DNA of 64,000 bases from Stegostoma tigrinum (taxonomy: Eukaryota). The position numbers and the translations under genes are program-made. The notes beneath the pieces are model-generated. The model was not told the DNA's origin. It searched no databases and saw only the letters and a program-made list of their open reading frames with translations. Shown in pieces: positions 23,820-36,719 of this stretch. The stretch lies in NCBI RefSeq assembly GCF_030684315.1, contig NC_081388.1, positions 22,675,015-22,739,014 on the forward strand, read 5' to 3'. How positions within the stretch are numbered: position 1 is the stretch's first letter; each line of letters begins with the position of its first letter.

Positions 23820-25520
23820 CTATAAGAAATAGGAGTAGGCTGTTTGGCCCCTCAAACCACCTCCACCATTTAACAGGATCATGACTGATCTGTTCACTTT
23901 CCTGTTCTTTTCCTGTAACCTTTGCATCCCAAACCGATCAAGAATGTATCTAATAAGCACGAGGACTCTGCCTCTACTGCTCTTTCTGGCAGAGAATTCT
24001 GAGGAGTCTCAAACCTCAATTTCTCACTTTTATTCTTAAATTGGTGCCCATTTATTCTTAGATAGTCCTCGACCTCCCCAGAAGACAAAACATCTTCAAT
24101 GTTTACCCTGTCAAGCTCATTGAGGATCTGATATGTTTCAGTGAGATTGGTGGGAGGGTAGAATTAGAGCATTGAGCTCACTGTTCAACACAGCGATCAC
24201 AGTGAATGGCTGAGCAAGCTAGAGGGTTTGAATGACCTACTCTGATCTTCGATGTTAACGTAAGATCACCTCTTATTATTCTTAACTGTAATGAGCAGAG
24301 TCCCAACCTGCTTAACCTTTGCTCACAAGACAATCACTCCAAAGTGGCCATCATTCGAGTCAACCTCCAATGAAATGGTACCTTGCCTTAAATAAGGGGA
24401 TTAAAACTACTTACTATCTCAAATATGGTCTCAACTTGTAAAATTGCAGTCAAATTAATTGTCTAATCAACCTGCCCAGAGATTTCATCCCTAGAGTAGG
24501 TCAATATTGAACCTCGGTCTTCTGCTGAGAGTTAATGCACTATGATTGTGCAACAGAAGCCCATTGCATGTAAAGCCTCAATATTCTTATACGCCACCCT
24601 CCTTGAAATAAGGACCAACATTGCTTTATTCTTCCTGATTTACCTGCTGTGTTTGTGTGCTGGTTTTGTGTTTCATGCAGAAGTACCCTCTAAGTCCCTT
24701 TATGTTGTAGCTTTCTGCAGTTTTTCTTCTGAAGCAATATTTTTTCTTTGGCTGTCCCTTTCATGATGAATAACTTCATATTTTCCCCCATTATATTCTG
24801 TGAGGATAACTTTTTGGATTTGTGCTTAACCAATCAAAATATCTCTCTTAAACTGTTGGTATTCGTCTCGTAACTTGTCTTTCCACAAATTTTTGACCTC
24901 TACATATTTGGCTACAGTACATTTACTTCCTCCTTCCAGATCTTTAATATATTGTCAGCATTGTTGCCCCAGCAGTGGTCCCTATTGAACCCCACTGATT
25001 CCAGGTTGTTACCCTGAAAAAGAACCCCTTTTCCTACACGCTGATCGTCAGTCGTCTATTCAAGCCAGTATACTATCTCCAACACCTGTCTTAAGACTTC
25101 ACCTTTTGTTACATAACTTGTTTAATGTCTTCTGAACCTCCAAATAGAGCATGTCTAATGCTTCCCCTCTGTCTACTTGGATTGAGAGTTCTTCAGAAAA
25201 AGCTCTCGTACGTCAGTCAGAAACAGCTTCCCTTTCGTGAAGCTGTGCTGACTTTGCTTGATTAGATTATGATTTTTCAAATGTTTTGTGCTATAATTGA
25301 TTCCAGTAGTTTTGCAACAATGAGGCCAATCATCTTACAGTTACCTACTTTTTGCTGCCCTCACTTTTTGAATAGAGGTGTCACAAAGCAGTTTTTCAAA
25401 CCTCTGATACTTATCTAGGGTCCAAGGATTTTTGGAACATTATGACCAATCTCTGTTGCAGCATCTTTTTAGATCCTGGAATGCAAACCATCAGGGCCCT
25501 ATCTGCCTTAGGCCCCTTTA
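23820..25520 (-). mobile_element. Decayed CR1 LINE in CDC37 intron 2
   Basis: Tail ATAAGAAATAGGAGTAGGC..TTTGGCCC on +; reverse-strand RT remnants (e.g. TTTCGTGAAGCTGTGCTGACT = SQHSFTK). Confidence 0.7.
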
Positions 25521-25979
25521 GTTGGTCTAATTGTACTTCTCCAGTGATGGTAGTTAATTCCTACCCTGTATGTTCTGTTTTGTTACATAACAAATGTTTT
25601 ATGAACAAAATGTTTTAACGTATGCCAGCACTCATTCTGAATTGGTTACTGGGAGAAGAAACCACTTGTGATGTTGCAAACACAACTATTTTAAATCAAG
25701 TTCTGAAAAACCTCAGTGTGCGCTTGCAATGGTTGAGGAGTAAATATTTGGACAGGAAAGGAGGGAGTTCTCCCCTGGTGTCCTTTTTTGAATAAGACTG
25801 TGGGATCGAGGGCAGACCAAGCCACCTTTTTTCTTGTTGTGAATATAGCTGTCATGCTGATTGTCAATATCCTACTGTTATAGGCCAAGTCTTTCTAATG
25901 TTGGTTTGCTAACTCAGATTGACAGACGAAAATTGGACGTGGTGTGAACATTGATTTTTGTCTTGTTTCTATGCTTCAG

Positions 25980-26088
25980 AGTGTTATTAATATAACTCCA
26001 GAATCAAGCAAAATTGAAACAGAGGAAGATAAAGAAAAAAAACACAAAACATTTGTTGAAAAATATGAGAAACAGATCAAGCACTTTG
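25980..26088 (+). CDS. CDC37: CDC37 exon 3
   Basis: cttcag|SVINITPE...KHKTFVEKYEKQIKHF(G)|gtaagt; 109 nt; not in the ORF track. Confidence 0.96.
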
Positions 26089-26209
26089 GTAAGTGGAAAT
26101 AAAGTGGCCAGTATAATAACTGAGTTGGGTTTTCAGAAGCTGGCTGGTGTACTGTAGTCCATGTGATATAACAAACATTCTGTGCCTGCGATGGGAAATC
26201 AGATTCATA

Positions 26210-26368
26210 AATTCATAGAATCATAGAGTCCCTCCAGCGGGAAAACAGGCCCTTCGGCCCAGCAAGTCCACAGAGTGTCCCAACCACACCCATTCCCCTA
26301 TATCCACCCTAATCTGCACATCCCTGGGCACTATGGGACAACTTAGCACAGCCAAACCACCCTAACCG
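26210..26368 (-). mobile_element. HE1-like (V-SINE) 3' fragment
   Basis: CATAGAATCATAGAG tail, CAGGCCCTTCGGCCC, CCTAATCTGCACATCCCTGGGCACTATGGGACAACTTAGCACAGCCAA..CACCCTAACC. Confidence 0.65.
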
Positions 26369-27050
26369 GCCAGTTTAGTGTCTTGTTGCATACCTAGTCT
26401 CTCATGGAGTCAAGGCGGGTTGTTATTGAATCTGTCCTGAATAACATATATCCAGCAACTAGTGGATTGTTTATGCTGTTCAGAATGTATTTGTTTCTTG
26501 CACATTTTTACCTTTCCTCATTTGTTCTATCTGTCTTTGTATTAAGTGTTCTGTTCTGGGTTTGGTATATGGCACCATTTAGCAAATTCAACGTCAGCTA
26601 AACATCTTTCTTTTATCAATGACCAGCTTGATTGCTATTCTGCGCTATTGATGTTTCCAATATGAAAATTAGCTCGTGCATTTTTCACTCTTGTTTATTC
26701 ATTACTCATTGCCTTGCCACAGGCTCAATTCATTTTGGCCTTTCTGTTCTTTGCATTGCGTAATCAAGTGCCACAAACTTCTCAGATTAAGTTAATGCAT
26801 GCACAGAGACAGTGAGATAACAAAACCATTAAGTCTGGGTGGTGGTACTAAATTGTGATTCTTTGTCAGACTCTTTGCATGTTTGCGGAAGTTCAGATGA
26901 AGACCAGATCAGCTTAACAGCGATGGCTCATGGCAGCTGCTTGTATGAATTGTCACATCAGCTAAGGTGGTGCAGGGACTTGCGGAACTGAATGTTGGCT
27001 AGGATCAAAGGAGATGAAAATAAATTAACTACTTGTTTGTCTGTTCACAG

Positions 27051-27166
27051 GTATGTTAAGTCGCTGGGACGACAGCCAGAAATACCTCTCTGATAATCCC
27101 CATCTTGTGTGTGAGGAGACTGCGAACTACCTTGTCATCTGGTGCATTGATTTAGAAGTTGAAGAG
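27051..27166 (+). CDS. CDC37: CDC37 exon 4
   Basis: tcacag|(G)MLSRWDDSQKYLSDNPHLVCEETANYLVIWCIDLEVEE|gtacac; 116 nt. Confidence 0.97.
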
Positions 27167-30100
27167 GTACACTGAGTTAGGCTGTTTTGACTTCTTTGTT
27201 CATTAAGTGCCAAGCGAATGAAGGTCATGTTGGCAGTTGGGAATTTAACTTTAGTTAGTTAAATAAATTCAGAATAAAAACTAATGTTAGTAATGGCAAG
27301 CATCTGACTACCAGATGTTAAAGATACATTTAGTTCGTGAATGCCCTCCAGAAACTAAATCTGCTGTTACCTGATATGGCCTATGTGACTTGAGGTCAGC
27401 AAATTTGCTGTTGATTTCAAGTGCCGTCTGAAATATTCTCAAGGAGGCAGCTGACTGCCACCACCATAAGTGATTAGGCTTGGACAATAAATGCGCACCT
27501 TACCAGGCAAATATACGTTGTCCAAATGAAGAAAAGAGCAACTGGTTTGCATTGCTTTTTGAAGTTCGTGTTCAAGCTTCAGAGAACTGAATCAATGAAG
27601 GAATCTGGATTTCAGATTAGCCAAGCTCCTACTGACATTCAGAATTAGAATTGGAGAACAAGGTTATTTGGCATCAGTAAAAGCTCCTTGGTGTATCCAA
27701 TTGCTTTGTCTGTTCCTATACCTGCCAATTTCCTTTCAAAAGTCACAATTAATAGTGACTCCACTACATACACAGATTTCAGAATATAATGCTTTTAAAA
27801 TACTGCAGATTTGTCTTCAGTCTGTCAACTTAAATCAGTTTTTGTTCTGACTCCTTTCAAATTGTTCTATGGATGCAGTTTTTCAATTTCTTTTTTCTAT
27901 CTGGACTGCTCTATTTTAAGCACCTGTATCAAATATTCTATCAACTCTTCCTTATCTAAAGAGTGTCTCAGGTTTCACCAGTTTATGCTCCAAGCCATTT
28001 TTGTCTTCTGCACCCATCTGTAAGGCCATCACATCCTTCCTAAGTGTGGCGCATTGAATTGCACACAATCCATCATTTGAGATTGAAACAGAATTAGGTC
28101 CGGGTTTATGAAAACCTCGTTTATGTACCCTCTGCTTCTATTCATCAACTCGAGCTTATTTCTCAGCTTGCCCTGCCACCTTCAACAGTTTCTGTTCATA
28201 AATCCTTGAACCCGTGTTCCTCCACCCTATTTTATATTATCTCTCCTCCTTTATACTACCACACTTCTACGTTACACTTCCCCTGCCACACATTTGCCCA
28301 TTCCATCAGCTTCCCAGTGCCCTGTTTAACTCCATCACCATCCTCCATGAAGTTCACAATCTTTTGAAGTGTTCTATCTGTTGCAGTTAGTAAAATTATT
28401 CCCTGTACAGCTATGTCTTGGTCATTAAGGCAGGAAGCCTAAAATCAACTCCTGAGAAAGCATGTCAAAAACTCTTCCATTCTGAAAGCCAATTAGTTAC
28501 TACTACTTAGCAACTTCCGCCACTCAGCCACCTTCATAACTCCATGTTACAACAATCTTTTTGTTTTCATGGTCTTGACAAGTCCATTATGTGGTTTTCA
28601 CTCCTTGGTTGGATGGATGCGGCACCAATAACATTGGAAATGTTTGATATCATCTTGGACAAACCTGTCAGTTGGTTGGCAGCTTATCCACCACCTTGAA
28701 CATTAACTCCCACCAATGTACAGTGGCAGCAGTGTGTACTGTCTAAAAAATGCACTGCAACGACTCAAGGCTCCCTTCGTCACGCAGAAGGATAAATGTA
28801 ACAAATACATGGGAATGCTATAACCTGCAAGTTTCCATCTAAACCAGTCACCATCCTGTCTTGGAAATACATTGTTGTTCCTTTACTGTTGCTGGATGAA
28901 AATCCTGGAACTCCATTCCTGACAGCATTGTGGATCTACCTACCCACCGCAGGTGACAGCACGTCTAAGATGGTCGTCCATTACAACTTGGTTGGGCAAT
29001 TGGAAATGCTTGGCAAATGCTGTCTAAGGCTGTAATCTCGCATTTCATAAAAGTACTTCTTAAAGAATCTTTTTCAAACGGCTTTGGGAAATCACAAGGA
29101 CAACAGCAACATTATCTCTCAACTTTTTTCACCTGATTGGAACATCTTGGATTTGTGAAATGCAATTTGCCTGTAACATGTGTGCTGGCTTTCTTAATTA
29201 AGCACCATTGGTCCAAGTCACAATTAAATCTTGCACTGGATCTTTTAAATAGAAGCTCTCATTATGGAGGTTCAACTGTCTGATTTGTAGTTGCTGGGTT
29301 TATCCTTGTATACTTGGTTTCAACAAAGCTGTAATATTGGCAGGCCTCTGGCATCACCTTTGTACTTGAGACAATAGACAGTAGGTGCAGGAGTAGGCCA
29401 TTTGGCCCTTCGAGCCAGTGCCACCATTCATTATGATCATGGCTGATCATCCACAATCAGTATTCTGTTCCTGCCTTATCCCCATAACCCTTGATTCCAC
29501 TATCTTTAAGACTTTTTAATATTATGGTCAATGTCTCTATAGTTTCCCTCAGCACTCTTGGACCTATTTTGTTTGGTCCTGATCACTTCTCTTTCACTTC
29601 TTTGGCTGGCCCTGGAGGAAATTATATTTGGGTTTGTGGCTCATTCTTAAAAAAACAATTGAGAAATAAGTGCCACTTTGACTCCTCAACTTGTGAAAAT
29701 GGCTCCAACATTCAGGGGGTCCCTGATTTACAAATGTCAGACTTTACAATGGGATCCCATTATAGGGATGTAATTTTAAAGTACTTGGATATTTTATGTT
29801 GTGTTCCAATTTGCTTACAAATTGACTTGCGATTGGACTTGAACAGATTTCATTTGCACCTGGGTACTGCCTGTCATTAGAATTGTTAGTGAGACCACCT
29901 CAAATATGCATTTTCCTTCCTGTATCAGCTCCATAATGGCTGTTTGTCAACTTGATGTGCGTTCATCCTTTCTAATGCCTTTTAGTTTTCACTATTCATT
30001 GTCTCCACTTTGGCCTCTTCCACAAGGACTTGGATGCAAAGTACTCATTTGGTACTTCAGTTCATGTCTAAAGCTCCTTTTTGGTTCTGAACAGGTCTGA

Positions 30101-30648
30101 TTTTTACATGTGGAATGGGCTTGGGGTTTATTATCCAAGCAGGAGAATTAGTTCTGTCTTTATCAACAGTTTGGCCCAGGAAGTTTAATATTGATGTGTT
30201 AATTAAGTTAATGTGTTGCAGGTATACTTTGTGGGAATTCCTTGGTGTTGATGATTTACAGTTGTATAATTTTGAAGCAGCTACTGAGGACAGACATAAT
30301 GTGATGTAAAATGCCTTTTTCAGCCAGTGTCAATGTATAGCTTGATTATTTTATTTTCTGACATTGTTATTCCACACTGCAGATGGTGTGATATGTTGAC
30401 TCTGTTCCTTTGAGTACGTGCTCATTGCAGACAATTGGTGCAGGCCTTTGAATGTTAGCCCAATCTCCCTTAAATCAATGTATATTAGTTCAGACTGCAC
30501 ATGAAATGAGATTCCAACATGTGTAAAAATGGACATTTCTGGTCGGGGGTTTGTTGCAGCGCAGCCAAAGAGGATGAGGTTGCATAAGATTTGGCAAGAG
30601 GATTTATTTGCGCCGTATTAAAGTTATCTGTATGGGTTCTATTTGCAG

Positions 30649-30771
30649 AAGCATGCCCTGATGGAGCAGGTAGCCCACCAGACAATAGTGATGCAGTTTA
30701 TCCTGGAACTAGCCAAGAGCCTTAAGGTGGATCCCAGAGCTTGTTTCCGACAGTTCTTTGCTAAAATTAAG
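30649..30771 (+). CDS. CDC37: CDC37 exon 5
   Basis: ttgcag|KHALMEQVAHQTIVMQFILELAKSLKVDPRACFRQFFAKIK|gtacgt; 123 nt. Confidence 0.97.
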
Positions 30772-31147
30772 GTACGTAAACGGCTGGAAATCTCTTAATT
30801 TGAGACAGTTGACATTTATCCCACATGCATAATAGGTCAATCCTAGTGAGCTACGAATTCCTATCTGTGCCCTTAGGTGTTTAAGATGTTTTATCAGAGA
30901 TTAATTTTAGTGATCCTTTGGATGAAGGAATTGACTTTGCAGGTTTTCTTTGTCTTTTAATGGGTTTATTTCTTTTGTGTTGGCCACGAATTTTAAATTG
31001 GTAAAGTCCTTTTATAGTTAACCTTGCTCCCTGCTTTAACATAGTGATAGATTTACATTTAATTTCTATCCATGCTATTACAGTACATTCAGTCATGATG
31101 TAGGGATGCTGGTGGTGACCTGGGGTGGACCAAACCATAAGCCTAAT

Positions 31148-31268
31148 GACACCAAGTTGTAATCCAACAGGTTTACCTAAAATCACCTTTTGGACACCTG
31201 ATGAAGGAGCAGTGCTTCAAAAGCTTGCAATTTTAAATAAACCTGTTGGACTCTAACCCAGTGTCGAG
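31148..31268 (+). mobile_element. Short inverted-repeat element with degenerate hammerhead (family C)
   Basis: ACACCAAGTTGTAATCCAACAGGTTTA ... TAAACCTGTTGGACTCTAACCCAGTGT inverted arms around CTGATGA-A-GGAGC-AGT-GCTTC-AAAA-GCTT (31198-31226). Confidence 0.6.
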
Positions 31269-32916
31269 AGACATTTGGTGGCATATTTGAAAGGGCCAAA
31301 ATGTTTTGGTATGGAGTTCACATTGCGAACATGACAGTCATGTGGTAAAAGTTGAATCTATGGGAAGAAAGTGAGAAAATGTGGATGAACAACTGCTGAC
31401 ATGGACTCCAGCCACCTCAGCCGTCTTGACCCTGAGAGATTTAACATTCTAGCATCACAGTCATTGAGTCATACAACGCGGAAACGGGTGCTCCGGTCCG
31501 ACAAGTCCTTGCTGACCATAATCCCAAACTAAACTTGCCTCACCTGTGTACTCTTGGCCCATATCCCTTCAAACATTTGATATTCATGTACTTATTCAGA
31601 TATCGTTGCAATGACCTGCATCCACCACTTCGTCAGGAAAATAATTCCCCACAAGAATCACTACTACTTCAAAAAAAATTGCCCCTCAAGTCTTGTAAAT
31701 CTTTCTCCTCTTTAAAAATATGCCCCCAGTCTTGAAATTATCACCTTAACAAATTACAACTCCGAAATAACTTGCATGGATTTCGATGATGGAATTAGAC
31801 TTGCAGATCGGAAAAGTTCTCTAGCGGAATCCCTTCCAGTCCTGTTTATACGTGTTAGTAGCTGGTGATCTGTTGCCACGGTAATGTTACTTGTCTGGCT
31901 TGTACCATCCTCTCTCAACCCTTGTAGCTCCTGTCTGAAGTTCGTAATCAAACTACGTTGTAGTTGACCCCTCTTTCTGTTACTTTAAATTTTGGCCTCC
32001 AGAGATGAGCCTGTCAGCTCTGGTTAAATGTCTTAAATTCTGACGTTTTTTTCTGGATGTCACTTTTTAAAAATAATCCTTTCTGCTTTTGTAATTTTCA
32101 CCACAACTGTTGTCTTATAGACTGTGTCTGTAATTATGAGCATATTTGGAGTATTCATGTCTCAAAAGCCTCTGTTTCCTTCTACAGGTTTTTGTTTGCT
32201 GCCCAGAGTTGAGTAGACAGGAATGGAGAAATTTGCTAGTCTTTTTTTCTCCCTGTTAGAAACTTGGGTTTTCTTTATTCCACATCCGTCACCTTCACAA
32301 AATTACTTCTGGGTAACTCTATCTTCCTAACTTGCACATCACATCCACCATCTTTTATTATTTGTCCTGAACACATTTCCAATTGTTCCAGTATTCACTT
32401 AAATCAGAACAAGCTTTGGGAATGCCATTTCATTTCATTTTACTTGTTTTTGTTTAGGACAGCAGTTGGGAATGCGATTATATAAACAAGGGGAAACAAG
32501 TCAGCAGTCCTGTTTATTCAAATCAGAACAGGAAAAAGTAATAATTCCTTTTTCTGTTTTGCCTGTTAACTAAGATCGTACTGATACATGTGAACTGTGT
32601 TCAGCTTAATGCACATGCTATAAAAGATCTAATAGAAATCCATTGATCTCAATCTTGAACATTTGAGATCCAATATAGATCTTCTCAGAAGGTGTGGGGA
32701 GTTCAGTACTATTCAGTCTGGCATCCGAGCAATTCTCAGAACTGAATTGCCGAGTTGTAGCATTAAGACTTATTTCCCATTCCTCATTTTCCATGGCAGT
32801 TAATAGTCAACTACATTTCTGTAGGTCAGATCAAATAAGGATGGTGGGCTTTGTTCTCTGGAGGACATCAGAGAAACAGCTGAGTTTTAAGACAATCCCA
32901 GTCTGTCTCCCCACAG

Positions 32917-34331
32917 CCCCGTCCCTCATCTGCTTAAGAGTTCATCCTTACCCTCAATTATTCCTTTAACCCCTTGCACTTTGTACAAACTAACAGGGTG
33001 GCCATGGGACCGAGCTATGCCTGCCTCTTCGTAGGATACAAGGAACAGTCCATGTTTTGCTGCTACACTGGCACTATCCCCCACCTCTTCCTCCATCACA
33101 TCAATGACTGACTGTATCAGCGTTGCCTTGTGCTCCCACGAGGAACTTGAGCAGTTCATCAACTTGACTAACACCTTTCACCCCAACCTCAAGTTCACCA
33201 GGACCATCTCCAGTAGCTCCCTCTCCTTCCTGGACCCCTCTGTCTCTGTCTGTGGTGACCACCTTGAAACTGACATCTGTTTCAAGCCCACCAACTCCCA
33301 CAGCTACCTGGAACATCACCTCTCACCCACCTTCCTGCAAGAATTCCTCCGCCTCTACCACATCTGTCCCCAAGATGGGATGTTCCACTCCCACAAATCT
33401 CAGATGTTGTCCTCCTATTTCAAAGACCATAACTCTTCTCCCTGCCCATCCCCTTCTGTGATCGAAAATGCCCTCAAATGGATCTTGCGTTTCCCGCACC
33501 GCTGCCCTTATGTCCTTTTCTTCCCCTGCCAATAAAAACACAGAATCCCCCTTGTCCTCATATATCACCCCACCAACCTCCACATCAATGGAGCATTTTC
33601 CGCCACCTACAGTCTGACCCCACAACCGAAGAGATATTTCCCTCCCCACCTATATCTGCCTTTCGTAGGAACCACTGTCTGTGACTCCCTCGTCTACTCC
33701 ACACTCCCCACCAACCCCTCTCACCTGGCATCCTTCCCTGCAACTGCAGGAAGTGTCTGTCAGTGGTCTCCTGCATCCGTTGCTCCCAATGTGGCCTCCT
33801 CTACGTTAGTGAGACCAAGTGGAGGCTCAGACTGTTGGGTAGAGCATCTATGCTCTGTATGTGACAGATGACGATAACTTCTGACTCTGAACCATTTTAA
33901 CTCTTTCCCTGCCCCCTGAGTAATATGTCCATCCTGGGCCGCCTCCAGTGCCACAATGCCACCCACAAACTGGAGGAGCAGCACCTCATGTTCTGCTTTG
34001 GGTGCCTACAGCCCAATGGCCTAAATGTGGACTTCAGTGTTAAAATCTCCCCAACCCGGCCTTATCCTATAACCAACCCTGCCTTGTTGATCTGACACAA
34101 CCTGCCCATCATCTTTCCCACCTATTTGTCCCATCCACCTCACTCACTAATCCCAACCACTCCCTAAGTGCACTCGCCTTTCACCATCCCACCTACCTTT
34201 CCAGCCCCACCCCTCCACTCTTTATTTCTGAGCTTCCTTCTCCTTCCCCACTTCTGAAGAAGGGTCCTGATCCAAAACGTCAGCTTCTCTGCTGCCTGGC
34301 CTGCAGTGTTCCTCCAGCTCCATATTGTTAG
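32917..34331 (+). mobile_element. Decayed Penelope-like retroelement (Neptune-type): RT C-half, Cys linker, GIY-YIG, terminal degenerate hammerhead
   Basis: G-VAMG...PSYACLFVGY motif (~32995-33040), ELEQFINLTNTFHPNLKFT..SLSFLD..FKPTNSHSYL, PCNCRKC linker, CSQCGLLYVSET; CTGAAGAAGGG...AAAACGTCAG at ~34254; possible TSD CCCACAG (32910, 34332). Confidence 0.88.
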
Positions 34332-34726
34332 CCCACAGTGGTTAGGTGGCTGTTTTTAGGCCAGCTCTTTGTTCTGAACTCTCTTTTGCTTCTAATTTCA
34401 CCACTGACCATGATGGGATTCAAATCTGTATATTTAGAATATTGGCCTAGGGTTCAGGCTTGCTAGTGTCGTGACACTAAGTGTACTATATTTCCCCCAT
34501 TTCCTCCCTGATATGCCAATGCCATTGATGCAATGACTAATATTCTTTGGTCGCATTGTTGTGCTGACCTTTCTTCGATCAGCTGAGATGAAGGATGGCT
34601 CCTTTTGGGATTCTGTGGAGCCTGATGCAGCATGATTGGGTGCACTGAGAGGGGCCTTTTGGGCTGCATTTGAAAATTGCTGTTTAGTCTGGCCACATTG
34701 ACTTGTTTTTCAATTCCATTTTTCAG

Positions 34727-34909
34727 ACAGCTGATAAACAATATGTTGAGGCATTTAACGATGAGCTCGGATCATTCAAGGAGAGGGTTAAAGGTCGTGC
34801 TCAGGCAAGGATAGAGAAGGCGATGAAGGAATATGAAGAGGAGGAACGACAGAAGCGGTTGGGACCTGGTGGGCTTGATCCTGTGGAGGTGTATGAAAGC
34901 CTTCCTGAT
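34727..34909 (+). CDS. CDC37: CDC37 exon 6
   Basis: tttcag|TADKQYVEAFNDEL...RLGPGGLDPVEVYESLPD|gtgagt; 183 nt. Confidence 0.97.
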
Positions 34910-35811
34910 GTGAGTATATGATTTTCTCATTTTGCTTCCACCTTGAAGAGTGACCTGTGGAGTTGTGCCAAAGATGCATTAGATAGTTCCTTCCTTCTTT
35001 GCCCCTTAAGTTGTTGACTGACCACCCCCCCCCCCCCATTTGATATTTACAAAAGGTATACCGTACAAATCTGTTGCTTTAAGTAGCTCTACCTTTCCAA
35101 ATCCATCATGTGTTCAGTTGATAAAGTGAGCACTGTGAAGTTGGTCACCAGTAAGAGGGGGGTACTTAGTAAATCTTCCAGTTGATAAGAAAATCTCAGC
35201 AGAAGCAGTGTCTGGCTTTATCTTTTCTAAGTACCCTGGCAATTAAGAGATTTTTCTGCACTCTTATACAGAGTGAATGTCTCATGCCAGACAAGTTTCT
35301 CCTTCCCTTCTCCAAATTACAGGGCTTCGTGACCAATTCTGCAAAAACTCACTTTTCCTTCCCAAGAACAATTGAGAACAAATGACATCCTTACCTGGTC
35401 TTGCCTACATATGACTGCACACTGACTGCAGTGTGGCTTGCACTGGACAATTAGGGATGTGCAATAAATGTTGGCCTAACCAGTGACATCCATATTCCAT
35501 GAATGCCTGAGAAATTCACATCAATGACCTTTTAACTGAAGAGCCTCAAACTTCTAACATTAACTCCACAGATTTCCTCATTTTCCGTTTTATATTTAAA
35601 ATTTTTGAGATCAGCTTTTGATAATTCAGGTTAACTGAGCTGCTGTACGTCATGATCCTCAGGATTAGCCATGATTGAATGGTTTAGCAAATTACTCCCC
35701 ACTCAGTAAATGATTAACGTTTGGTTATAGGTGAGATTCTGCCTCTGTTTTAATGCATCTGAAACTTGTATAAGATTGCTTCTGATTTTCTTGATATTCT
35801 GTTTTTTGCAG

Positions 35812-35883
35812 GAGATGAAGAATTGCTTTGATTCAAAAGATATTCAACTTTTGCAAGATGTAATTAGTAAAATGGACCCAACA
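35812..35883 (+). CDS. CDC37: CDC37 exon 7
   Basis: ttgcag|EMKNCFDSKDIQLLQDVISKMDPT|gtgagt; 72 nt. Confidence 0.96.
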
Positions 35884-36572
35884 GTGAGTATTTCCTGTAA
35901 TTTGTGTATCAATGTGTATGAGTTTGCTTGCTGGTTAACCTGGAATCATCAGTTCTGTGTGTGTGTGCGCTATCTTTTCCTTTGAGACCTGCTTTCACTA
36001 CCATTTTTGACAGCACCTGCACTTGGATGTAAGAGATTTGATGTCATGTTAGTGCCATTTGTAGACATCTCCCAGTAGTTGAATATCATGGCTAATTCTA
36101 ACAGCTAGAATGTCTGCCTGTGAGAGTGGCAACTTGGAAAGGGGGAAAACAACCTATGAAGGGCCCCACTGGCTTGGACAAGATGCTCGTGGATTCAACC
36201 CATGCCCTTGTTGAATTTGTGATCTCAGCTCGGTTATGTTGACATTGTTTCAAAGCAGCACTCAAGCCCTGGAGACAAAGTCTTTGTATTTTTATGATCA
36301 GAGGTAAGAGGAGACTTAAATGCAGCAGTTAAAAGATAAAAGATTCCATGTAGGAATTTGAATTGGGGAGTGGGATTTGTAACAATTACTGACTGTCCAG
36401 CGTCCCTCAATGTAATCAAAGCCAAAAAAAACTGCAGATGCTGCCCACAATGTAATTTTCCTTTGGAAGTCTTGGTGAAGGGTTCAGATCTTCAAGTACT
36501 GTTTGCCATTACTTTTTAATGAAGCCCTAGTTCAAATATACCAGAAAACTAAATTAACTGTGCTGTTTTCAG

Positions 36573-36719
36573 GAAGCCAAGTACCATATGCAACGCTGTA
36601 TTGACTCTGGGCTCTGGATTCCAAATGCCAAGGCTGCAGAGGAGGAAGGAGAGAAGAGCAAGGAAGATGAGGATCCTGTGTATGAAGAAGTTAAAAAGGA
36701 AAGCAGTGAAGAAAAATAA
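36573..36719 (+). CDS. CDC37: CDC37 exon 8 (last coding exon)
   Basis: tttcag|EAKYHMQRCIDSGLWIPNAK...EEK*; the eight exons sum to 1134 nt = 377 aa + stop with consistent phases. Confidence 0.96.
   Translation, partial: EAKYHMQRCIDSGLWIPNAKAAEEEGEKSKEDEDPVYEEVKKESSEEK

Noticed and set aside
34721-34730. Tandem acceptor TTTCAGACAG at CDC37 exon 6
   Set aside because: Second AG is 4 nt downstream and would frameshift; the first AG gives the conserved TAD sequence
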